Assembly (NCBI GenBank): GCA_965656495.1
Contig: CBFHKU010000002.1
Location: 160,001 to 224,000 of the forward strand
Direction: 5' to 3'
DNA: 64,000 bases
Source of the DNA: Coraliomargaritaceae bacterium
GTDB taxonomy: Bacteria; Verrucomicrobiota; Verrucomicrobiia; Opitutales; Coraliomargaritaceae
Numbering within the stretch: position 1 is the stretch's first letter; each line of letters begins with the position of its first letter. The notes beneath the pieces were generated by a model. The model saw only the letters and a list, made by a program, of their open reading frames with translations, made no database searches and had not been told where the DNA came from. Made by a program: the position numbers and the translations under genes. Of this stretch, positions 9,996 to 18,532 are shown one piece after another.

Positions 9996-12900
9996 CTTCA
10001 GCTTGATTCGATATATAGGAACGTTCTATCGGCAATAATAATGTAAATCGGGTTCCAGGGCTATTCGGGTTTAAATGAATCGGGCTTTCTGCATGGATTT
10101 CACCACCCCACAAATCCACCAATTCCTTAGTCAGATTTAGACCGATTCCCGAACCATTGACAATCGATTTTTCCGGAATTCGGTAGAACCGTTCAAAAAT
10201 CCGCGGCAGATACTCAGGGTCCACCCCAGAACCCGTATCTTCAACCACGAAAGAAAGCATACGCCCACGCTCCGCATCTTCTACCTGACTCAGTTTCACC
10301 ACAACATTTCCACCCGCAGGCGTGTATTTAAGCGCGTTACCCACCAAATTCGTGACAATCTTCGTCAGTTTATCTGAATCATACCAACCCAAACAAGCGT
10401 TCTCGCATTCAAACTGGTAAGAAACACCATTCCTTTTGGCAAGGGGTTGCAGGAATTCGATATTCTCTTGCACATGCTGAGCTACATTCCCCTCCACTAG
10501 CTCAATCTTTATTTGCTCCGCTTCGAGTTTACGGAAATCCAGAATCTGCGAGACCAATTTTTCGATCCGTCCGGCGTTGCGCATCGCCATGTCCAGCAAT
10601 ATTTCCTTACGCGCATCAGTCTCGTTTCTGAGCAGACGCTCTAACGGCTCTTTTATCAAGCCAACCGGCGTATTCAATTCGTGCGAAATATTGGCAAAGA
10701 AACTGGTTTTCATCTGGTCAATTTCCTCCAAATGTATGGCACGATCCCTCAAGCGCTTACTGCGGAAATAGAATAACATCCAAATGAACGATACCGTTCC
10801 ACCGCCAATCAAGAGCACCATTGCGATAAACCAGGTGCGTTGCCACACCGCCGGCTCCACAACAAACCTACTCGTCGCCGGACTTGGGTCGATGTTGAAA
10901 TCCCGGTCCCGAGCACGTACTTCCAAAGTATACTCCCCTCGCTTGAGGCCCACAAATGAATAGTCATATTCACTTGAGAACAATGACCATTCTCCACCAT
11001 TCAGCCGCCATGAATACTGTAACTGCTCCGACGGAGTATTGAGCCAAGCGTCTTTTCCTGCCCACGAAACATGGATATTTCCAGCAGAATCAATCCGGCC
11101 AAAATTGTGAGCCATGTAGGTATTGGGTGCCAGTTTGTCCGGCTCGTAACGAACCGTCCGGAATGGATCCTTACCACTCAAATTCACCATCATCCGCAGC
11201 GATGGCACATCCTTGTCGTTAAAATTAAACCATAGGGTGCCATCCCTCGATTCGCGCATATTCCCGCCTCGGCTCGACATACCAAAGTCGTCCGAAAACA
11301 CCGCTGCCGCCCAGCTCCTGCCATCAAAACGGCTGATCCCACCATCCGACGCAGCCAGTAGGGTTCCATCCTGCAATGGCAACAAATCCACCACCAACCT
11401 GCCTGCCAAACCTTCCTCGGCGGAAAAATGCTGCCAGCCATCCTGGCCTTTGCGATAAGCCCCGGACAAGCCATTAGCAGCCCATAAGTTTTGAGCGCCA
11501 TCCACCACCAGATCATGGGTAAACATACCAGGTAGTTCCGAGACAATCTGGATGTCCCCAGTCTCGATATCAAACGAATGGATCGTTGGTGATCCGATCC
11601 ACATGCGTCCGTCCTCCGTTTGCGCAAACCGGTGAATGAAGTAAGGAAACTTTGGCGGCGAATGTCGCTGCAAAAGTCGAACCGTACCGTTTTCCAGCAC
11701 TTCATATTGAATGGCACCGCCGGCCTGCGGAACATTTAGTTCTTCGCCCATAGCTCCCATCCAAACGCTTCCATCCTTTGCTTCAAATTCAGCTCCAGCC
11801 CATATGTTCCTCGCGAAATCAGGTAATTCATGTAAAGTCCACTTCGATCCATCGTAGACACTGAAAGCTGCGTGTAGTTTATGATTCCCCACTGCCCAAA
11901 TCAATCCATGCCCCGATACATGGAGTGAACGTGGAACCGAGATCAATCCATCCTTCAACCCATATTCGAGCCAGCGATTGGACACGGGCTCATATGACAC
12001 TACTTTATTGCGCCTTGTTAGATACCATTGCGTGCCGTCATCCGTTTCACATTGAAAATGCAGGCCCTCGTAGGTCAGCCACTGATCCATGCCCACATCC
12101 AGCGTGTGCACATTCCCCCCACGCTCAAGCACCCACCACCGACCACTCGCAGCTTCAAAAATTGACAGATAAATACTTGGAAGCCCAAGTTGAGTTGCAG
12201 AATAAATCGTATCGTCTGAACGGTGCAGCGCCTTGAGCGTACCTGCTCCCGCCGCCCAGATCCCCCCGTCACTGGCCCTCATCACAAAATCAAACCCGCG
12301 CTCGGACTCATGTTTCATTTCCCAGGAACCCGTGGAGGGATCGAATTGGAGTGCCCCGTTCAGTCTTCTATCCACACACCAGATCTTCCCGGTTAAATCC
12401 GCGCAAATACGCAGATCGCGGGTAACCTTCTCCATATCCATTCGATACTCAATCCACCCCTGCTTCTTGGTCGCCCGGCCGTCTCTTACTGGAATGTGAA
12501 TCAAATCAAGATGCTGCAAAGGCTCCGACCGAGCCACCCAAACATCACCACCCGGAGTATGGCAAAAAGAAGTGAGATCTTGCGACTCAGTTGTACGAAG
12601 CACGGCCTTTTTCTCCGTCAAATCCTCACTGAACCACCAAAGGGCATCCGGCATTAAAAGCCAAATCGTATTATCCTCAGCCTGCACTAGCTGGCTGTTG
12701 AAAGTGGAATGCCCCACATCCCGATGAATAACCTCCCAGGCTCCATCCTTACGTAGCACCAAGCCATTCTCCACCACTGCAAGGACTCCGCCGTTCCGGA
12801 GACACAGCACGTTTTTTCCCCATGGAGTTCGGTTGGGGTCATGTTTGATTCTCGACAACAATTCATCATCAAAAGGAATACGCTTGATCTGAAGTCCATC

Positions 12901-13119
12901 ATAGCGCACCAAGCCGCCAATACAACCAAACCACATCGCGCCATCCTTTGCCTCATCCATAGAAAGGATGTCCAACTCGCCGAGCTCTTCCATCTCCCTC
13001 CACCGCCAAGGCTCCAGCACTGGATCCGCTAGCTTTGGCTGGTATGGCTTCACCGCCTCGCAAAAGAAAGGCAGCAGAAACGTAAGCCACAACAAACTAT
13101 ATTTGATCCAAAGTAGCAT
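9985..13119 (-). CDS. Sensor histidine kinase with periplasmic beta-propeller/Y_Y_Y domain (HTCS input half)
   Basis: Signal peptide; repeated DG..W.G propeller blades; YSWRL..GEYTLEVRA (Y_Y_Y); TM; FFANISHELNTP H-box; NLVGNALKY, DTGSG and GSGIGL boxes. Confidence 0.95.
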   Translation of the reverse strand: MLLWIKYSLLWLTFLLPFFCEAVKPYQPKLADPVLEPWRWREMEELGELDILSMDEAKDGAMWFGCIGGLVRYDGLQIKRIPFDDELLSRIKHDPNRTPWGKNVLCLRNGGVLAVVENGLVLRKDGAWEVIHRDVGHSTFNSQLVQAEDNTIWLLMPDALWWFSEDLTEKKAVLRTTESQDLTSFCHTPGGDVWVARSEPLQHLDLIHIPVRDGRATKKQGWIEYRMDMEKVTRDLRICADLTGKIWCVDRRLNGALQFDPSTGSWEMKHESERGFDFVMRASDGGIWAAGAGTLKALHRSDDTIYSATQLGLPSIYLSIFEAASGRWWVLERGGNVHTLDVGMDQWLTYEGLHFQCETDDGTQWYLTRRNKVVSYEPVSNRWLEYGLKDGLISVPRSLHVSGHGLIWAVGNHKLHAAFSVYDGSKWTLHELPDFARNIWAGAEFEAKDGSVWMGAMGEELNVPQAGGAIQYEVLENGTVRLLQRHSPPKFPYFIHRFAQTEDGRMWIGSPTIHSFDIETGDIQIVSELPGMFTHDLVVDGAQNLWAANGLSGAYRKGQDGWQHFSAEEGLAGRLVVDLLPLQDGTLLAASDGGISRFDGRSWAAAVFSDDFGMSSRGGNMRESRDGTLWFNFNDKDVPSLRMMVNLSGKDPFRTVRYEPDKLAPNTYMAHNFGRIDSAGNIHVSWAGKDAWLNTPSEQLQYSWRLNGGEWSLFSSEYDYSFVGLKRGEYTLEVRARDRDFNIDPSPATSRFVVEPAVWQRTWFIAMVLLIGGGTVSFIWMLFYFRSKRLRDRAIHLEEIDQMKTSFFANISHELNTPVGLIKEPLERLLRNETDARKEILLDMAMRNAGRIEKLVSQILDFRKLEAEQIKIELVEGNVAQHVQENIEFLQPLAKRNGVSYQFECENACLGWYDSDKLTKIVTNLVGNALKYTPAGGNVVVKLSQVEDAERGRMLSFVVEDTGSGVDPEYLPRIFERFYRIPEKSIVNGSGIGLNLTKELVDLWGGEIHAESPIHLNPNSPGTRFTLLLPIERSYISNQAEDVE

Positions 13120-13250
13120 ATTTTTTATGAGATAGCAGGATAGTTGCTGGACTTCCAGCTTCTATCTCACCGATTTCCCACCAAGCGACCCTGCCGTCTA
13201 CCCGCTCATGCAATTTTCCGGCAGGAGGAGGCATCCTCTCTGCTAAAGCT

Positions 13251-14636
13251 TCATTCAGCGGACTTCTTCTTTTTCTTTTTATTCTTTTTCTTATCTTTGG
13301 AAGAAGGATCCACATCACCCTGCTTTGCCTTCCAATATTTGGAGCCACTGGCCGGCTCCCCCATCTGCGCAAACCATGCTTGGTAAAGCTTTTCCATTTC
13401 GTGGAACTTTTCCGGGTGAGAATCCTTTAGGTTATTTTGCTCACCAATGTCATTAGCGAGATTATAAAGACCCACTTCTCCGCGATCAAAAAGGTATTTC
13501 CAATCGCCCTGCCGCACAGCCCACTTGCCGTCGCTTCCAGAGCACCAGTAGAGGGCATCATGGATACGATCCGCCTTACCGGTCAGTGCAGGCATTATAT
13601 TTTTGCCATCCAGTGGTTTCGAGCCCGGCAGCGCCGAAATACCGGCAAGCGCCATTGATGTCGGCAGAATATCCGTCGACCAAACAGGAACCGTGCATTT
13701 GGAGCCAGCTTGGACCTTACCGGGCCACGATACAATAAATGGCACGCGGGTGCCACCTTCATAGATGTCCTGTTTCATACCGCGCAGCGGCGCATTGTTT
13801 GCCTTCACGGCATTCGCTCCGCCATTGTCACTGAGATAGAAAATAATCGTGTTATCATAAACTCCTGCATCCTTGAGCGCTTGAACAATTTCACCAACGC
13901 CAAGGTCGAGGTGGTACAGCATCGCCAGCATCGTATCACGTGTTTCATCACCCGTATTATAACGCTTCACATCCTCTTCCGGTGCTTGCACAGGCGTATG
14001 AACTGCGTTGTAAGCCACATAGGCAAAAAACGGCCCATCCTTTTCGCGTTTGATAAAATCGACCGCCTCCCGAGTGATGAGCGTGGTCATATAACCTTTT
14101 TCATTCCGGAGGATCTCTTTGTTCCGGAAGACCGGACCGCCGAATTTAAGACTCGAGTCGGGGCTATGATCCCAGTAGTCATGCGCGCCGCGCCCCATGA
14201 AGCCGTAAAAATAATCAAAGCCTCGGTTGTTTGGATGGTAGTCCATACTGACACCAAGGTGCCACTTGCCAAACGCACCGGAAGTGTAACCGGCCGGTTT
14301 CAGATGCATTGGCATCCAGATTTCATCCAGTGGCATCCCTGTGCCGCCCTGTCCGGCGGTGTAAATGCCAAACCTCTGCTGATAACGACCGGTCATCAAA
14401 CCAGCACGGGTTGGCGAACAGACATAACCGGAGGCATATCCGTCGGTGCAGATCACGCCCGACTTCGCCAACTTATCGATATTCGGTGTACGGACTTCCG
14501 ACGGGCTATGCGGGTTATAACTGACGTCGGCATAGCCTTGGTCGTCTGAAAGAATGACCACAATATTGGGCCGGGAATTCGCCGCTGCGAATTTGGATAA
14601 CACGAGGCAAAAGATAAGGGTATATAAAACTTTCAT
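13251..14636 (-). CDS. S1 sulfatase with poly-Lys tail
   Basis: Start moved to MKVLYT (14636); RPNIVVILSDDQGY, CSPTRAGLMTG, GKWHLG, SDNGG; ends KDKKKNKKKKKKSAE. Confidence 0.94.
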   Translation of the reverse strand: MKVLYTLIFCLVLSKFAAANSRPNIVVILSDDQGYADVSYNPHSPSEVRTPNIDKLAKSGVICTDGYASGYVCSPTRAGLMTGRYQQRFGIYTAGQGGTGMPLDEIWMPMHLKPAGYTSGAFGKWHLGVSMDYHPNNRGFDYFYGFMGRGAHDYWDHSPDSSLKFGGPVFRNKEILRNEKGYMTTLITREAVDFIKREKDGPFFAYVAYNAVHTPVQAPEEDVKRYNTGDETRDTMLAMLYHLDLGVGEIVQALKDAGVYDNTIIFYLSDNGGANAVKANNAPLRGMKQDIYEGGTRVPFIVSWPGKVQAGSKCTVPVWSTDILPTSMALAGISALPGSKPLDGKNIMPALTGKADRIHDALYWCSGSDGKWAVRQGDWKYLFDRGEVGLYNLANDIGEQNNLKDSHPEKFHEMEKLYQAWFAQMGEPASGSKYWKAKQGDVDPSSKDKKKNKKKKKKSAE

Positions 14637-14640
14637 ACGC

Positions 14641-16317
14641 TTAAGGTTTTTTCTTCTTTTCAGAATTCTTTTTGTTCTTCGATGCATCATCGGGGAAGAT
14701 TACTTTCTTGCCCTGAAATTGACATTTACGCGCAAGCTCCAACTGCGCATTCACATGACCGGGCGGATGCGCATTACCTCCTGGAACCAGCTCGCCATAA
14801 GGGCGGCCAATGGACTCCAGATCCAAAGTCAATAGCTGCTGCATCGCCTTCAATCGTGATGCATACTCAGGGTCAAACGCAAGGTTGTTGAACTCCGTCG
14901 GATCCTTATCGATACGATAGAGGCCATCTTCATACCAGAAATTTGGATTCGCGGCACCACGCACACCGATGCCAAGCCGCCCGAGTGGACTGAGCATCGC
15001 CATTGCACGCTCACTGGGGCTCTTTTGAATGCGCATCACTTTCTCTTCCGGATAGCGGATCGAGATGTATTTGAACTCCTTCGTCCGGATGGCACGAGCA
15101 TCTCCGAGTTCAATGTAAACGTGCTCGCGCCAGTTGGCGGGTGATTCACCGCTGAAGAGCGGCATCAGGCTTTGCCCATCCAGCTGATACTCCTCGGGTA
15201 AATCGACTCCCGCGAGCTCGTAGGCGGTCGCAGCAATATCAATGCTTTGAACCAGATCCGAGTTTTCTGAACCAGCTTTAATTCCGTTCGGCCAACGGGC
15301 GATAAAAGGCACACAGCTGCCATTCAAATCCCAAAGCGAACCCTTCATCATTGAGCCATGATCTGCCGTAAAAAAGATGAGTGTGTTATCATCCAAACCG
15401 AGCTTCTTAAGCTTTTGTAGGATTGCACCGACGCCCGCATCCACCCACGAATAGCCAGCATGTCCGTTTGTGGGATCGAGCCCCCGCTTTTTGAGCTCAG
15501 CCAGAATCGCCTTTCGGCTCAGCATGCCCTCCGGCTGTATCGGCGCCTCAAGCTGCCCTTCTCCGGAATACAAAGGCGTTTGCATCGAGCAATACCACTC
15601 AGCGTCCGGACCATGCACGAGTGTAGTGCAAAAATGAAGGTAGAATGGTTCATCTTTGCTGTCTTCAATAAACTCCAAGGCTGCATCAATCGTCCATTCG
15701 AGATTATGCTCGTGGTAAGGCTTTACCATGTTGCCCAAGTAAATGTTTTTGGCCCAATCAAAGCCGCGGTCGGTCAGCAGTTTGCGTGCAGCCAGCTCGT
15801 TCTTGCGAAAAATCTCTGTGGTCTCAGGCGATGGCTCTGCGTTCTTCGGCAAAAACTCCATGTCGAACTCGGCGTAATCTTCCGGATGATTGAGACCTTC
15901 GATACCGCTGGCGTGAAACTTGCCCACGTATCCAGTGCGATAGCCCGCGGCCTTCATCATCGCTCCAACGTTCAAATTATCGGGCTCAAGCCCAACATTG
16001 AAGACCGGATTCCCCTGCGTTCCCTCCGGGCAATCATGCAGGAAGGTCGCATGTGTTGAGCGGCTCGCATAGCGCCCGGTCAGGAAGCTGTAGCGTGACG
16101 GCGTGCAGACCGTGCTCGTCACAAATGCATTATGAAACAGCATCCCCTCTTCGACCATACGGTCGAGATTCGGCGTCCAGGCGTCATGCCCATAGGCTCC
16201 AATCGAGTCCTTATCCTGGTCGTCAGTTAAGAACACAATAATGTTTGGCCTCTGAGCACCAAAAACACACACTGAAAGCCCTAGCCATACAAACACCCAC
16301 TTCATGCAACTAGCCAT
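14641..16317 (-). CDS. S1 sulfatase with Lys-rich tail
   Basis: Start at 16317 follows an AGGAGG RBS; RPNIIVFLTDDQD, CTPSRYSFLTGRY, GKFH, ADHG; ends KNKKNSEKKKKP. Confidence 0.93.
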   Translation of the reverse strand: MASCMKWVFVWLGLSVCVFGAQRPNIIVFLTDDQDKDSIGAYGHDAWTPNLDRMVEEGMLFHNAFVTSTVCTPSRYSFLTGRYASRSTHATFLHDCPEGTQGNPVFNVGLEPDNLNVGAMMKAAGYRTGYVGKFHASGIEGLNHPEDYAEFDMEFLPKNAEPSPETTEIFRKNELAARKLLTDRGFDWAKNIYLGNMVKPYHEHNLEWTIDAALEFIEDSKDEPFYLHFCTTLVHGPDAEWYCSMQTPLYSGEGQLEAPIQPEGMLSRKAILAELKKRGLDPTNGHAGYSWVDAGVGAILQKLKKLGLDDNTLIFFTADHGSMMKGSLWDLNGSCVPFIARWPNGIKAGSENSDLVQSIDIAATAYELAGVDLPEEYQLDGQSLMPLFSGESPANWREHVYIELGDARAIRTKEFKYISIRYPEEKVMRIQKSPSERAMAMLSPLGRLGIGVRGAANPNFWYEDGLYRIDKDPTEFNNLAFDPEYASRLKAMQQLLTLDLESIGRPYGELVPGGNAHPPGHVNAQLELARKCQFQGKKVIFPDDASKNKKNSEKKKKP

Positions 16318-16486
16318 CGAAAAACCTCCTGAGATCTTGCACCTGTGTCTTAAATTCAAGCTTTGTTCGTGCTCTGAAGGTATATTCATATTTGATCAAT
16401 GGAGTTTAGCTCAACACCACCCAGAAAAAGCTAGTGACTGAACCTTAACTTGTAGGCATGCAATATCTCATATTAAGCGACAAATG

Positions 16487-16526
16487 GCTTGGCTTTTTAC
16501 GCCAATAAAAATGCGTTTTGCGCCAA
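16487..16526 (-). promoter_or_regulatory. 40-bp tandem direct-repeat operator, copy 5
   Basis: GCTTGGCTTTTTACGCCAATAAAAATGCGTTTTGCGCCAA; 35/40 identical to copy 1; heads the sulfatase-sulfatase-HK-RR run. Confidence 0.78.
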
Positions 16527-16542
16527 TCCAATGCAAGGGCAA

Positions 16543-17508
16543 CTACTGGACTGGAGCGTGATTAAAATTATCAGTTATGAGCACCACACAGTCTTCCGAT
16601 GCGACAAACTCGTAGCTGCCGCTCGCTGGCAGTAACACATTGTCGCCAAGTCGCAGCTCACAGCCGCCGCTTTCTTTCAGCGAACCGGATACTACGCTTA
16701 AAATTCTGGGCTGCCCGGATGGAAACTTCAGCGTTTTGCCCGGAGTCAGCGTGCGGCGATACAGATTAAAGACATCGCTCATCGCCAGCGTTTGATCCTC
16801 GCCCTCCGGCTTCAAGGTTTCTGGCTCGAAGTCTTCGAAGTCGGAGCTACGCATCGATTCTTCAATGTGCAATTCACGCGGTGCGCCATCGAGGCCCACA
16901 CGCCCCCAGTCATACACACGATAAGTTGTGTCGGAGTTCTGCTGAATTTCGAGAATCAAATTGCCACCACCGATCGCGTGGATGCGACCACTGGGAATGA
17001 AGATAGACTCCCCGGACTTCACCGAGATGCTGTGCACCAAGTCTTCCAGCTCGTTGGACTTCAGGCCTGCTTCAAAGTCGTCACGTGTAACGCCCTTCTT
17101 CAGGCCCGCCATGAGCGTTGCGTGTGGTGCAGCGTCGGCGATATACCAGTTCTCAGTCTTCGGTTGGCCATTCAGCTCCGGTGCAATGTCTGCCGGTGGA
17201 TGCACCTGCAAACTGAGCTTTTCCTGGCAATCCAACCATTTAACCAGAATTGGAAACGGCCACTCCGCCTTCCAACCTGAACCCATAATTTGTTCGGGGT
17301 CAGATTCGATCAATTCTCGCAGTGAGCTCCCCTCCTCGGTCAGAGACTGAGCCTCCGGACGATCCACTAAATCCCAGCTCTCGCCGATGACCTTACCTTC
17401 CGGCAAATCATCACGGCCGAGCTTCTCTTGAAAATCAGTACCGCCCCAAACGCGTTCCTGATAAATGGGCTTAAACTTAATTGGTTGGATGGAAGTTTCG
17501 ATAGTCAT
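16543..17508 (-). CDS. manA: Class I mannose-6-phosphate isomerase
   Basis: RVWGG, IGESW, FPILVKWLD..LSLQVHP, KTENWYI, IHAIG, EIQQNSDTTYRVYDW. Confidence 0.9.
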   Translation of the reverse strand: MTIETSIQPIKFKPIYQERVWGGTDFQEKLGRDDLPEGKVIGESWDLVDRPEAQSLTEEGSSLRELIESDPEQIMGSGWKAEWPFPILVKWLDCQEKLSLQVHPPADIAPELNGQPKTENWYIADAAPHATLMAGLKKGVTRDDFEAGLKSNELEDLVHSISVKSGESIFIPSGRIHAIGGGNLILEIQQNSDTTYRVYDWGRVGLDGAPRELHIEESMRSSDFEDFEPETLKPEGEDQTLAMSDVFNLYRRTLTPGKTLKFPSGQPRILSVVSGSLKESGGCELRLGDNVLLPASGSYEFVASEDCVVLITDNFNHAPVQ

Positions 17509-17520
17509 CGGAATGAATGC

Positions 17521-18513
17521 TTAGAGTTTTTGAGAAAGTTCAGCCCAGAGTGCTTCGAAGTCTGGAGTGAAGCTATGACATAGCGGACGTGTACCGCTGT
17601 CGATGATATTGCCCTCCTCGAGACCATACGGTGCAAAACCAGCTAAACGCACGGAGCAGATGCCTGCCGCGCTGTCTTCGATACCGATCACGTGATGGCG
17701 CTTCTCAAATGGAATACCGAGACCGACACGTGCGGTCTCTGCGTAAAGCCATGGGTGTGGCTTTGGCGAAAGCTCACCAAGTGTGCCAGCTGAACCCTTG
17801 CGCAGCGGATAGCCCGCCGTGATGATCGCATCGTAGAAGTCTTCCGGCTTGCCCATGTCGAGTGTGCGGAAGCCGTCGAGGATCTCAGGCCATGCCTTCT
17901 CGTAGAGACCGGAGGTGACGAGGCCGAGCTTCACGCCCTTATCCTTGAGAGCGTATAGAAAGTCCTTGATACCCGGCGATGGAGTGAATGCACCCGGACG
18001 TCCACGGCCCTGCATGATCTCATTCATCTCATGGTGCGTGTGCTTGAAATACCAGTCGCGCGCTTCCTCGACGCTCTTGTCCGGGCAGTATTTGTTCACG
18101 CAGTAGCTCAAGTGCTCGGACACACTGTGACCGGAAACAAATGGCAGGTCGGCGTTTTCGAGCTGGAACCTCGAATCACCCAGCAAGCTCGCGGTGGTCA
18201 TCTCGATGATCCAGATCCAGAATTCTTCACTGCGGATCGTGGTGCCATCGAGGTCCATGAGCACCGCTTCGACTGGATTGTCCACGCGGATCGGGTCGAC
18301 CGGATAGTAAGCCGGGTAACCCATCTCCGACTTGACCAGTGCCATGGTGTGATCAGCCCAACCGATGAACTCGATCTTGCGATCGGTCGTGGTGACGATG
18401 TCGAGCACCCCGCCCTGCCCCGTCTTGAAACGGGCGTCAGCGGTTTGTTCGAGAGCGTGCAGACCTTCGTCGGCTGCGGAGAATTCAAGTGCAGCAAATG
18501 CTTGTTCTTGCAT
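17521..18513 (-). CDS. HAD-superfamily sugar phosphatase or phosphomutase with N-terminal extension
   Basis: AVLMDLDGT (motif I), LVTSG (II), KPHP (III), GIEDSAAG (IV). Start moved to MQEQ (18513). Confidence 0.85.
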   Translation of the reverse strand: MQEQAFAALEFSAADEGLHALEQTADARFKTGQGGVLDIVTTTDRKIEFIGWADHTMALVKSEMGYPAYYPVDPIRVDNPVEAVLMDLDGTTIRSEEFWIWIIEMTTASLLGDSRFQLENADLPFVSGHSVSEHLSYCVNKYCPDKSVEEARDWYFKHTHHEMNEIMQGRGRPGAFTPSPGIKDFLYALKDKGVKLGLVTSGLYEKAWPEILDGFRTLDMGKPEDFYDAIITAGYPLRKGSAGTLGELSPKPHPWLYAETARVGLGIPFEKRHHVIGIEDSAAGICSVRLAGFAPYGLEEGNIIDSGTRPLCHSFTPDFEALWAELSQKL

Positions 18514-18532
18514 AATGATATGAAGTTGAGAG

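Noticed and set aside
9..16526. The 40-bp motif as a MITE or REP element
   Set aside because: No terminal inverted repeats or hairpin; fixed orientation and position upstream of genes fit an operator better.
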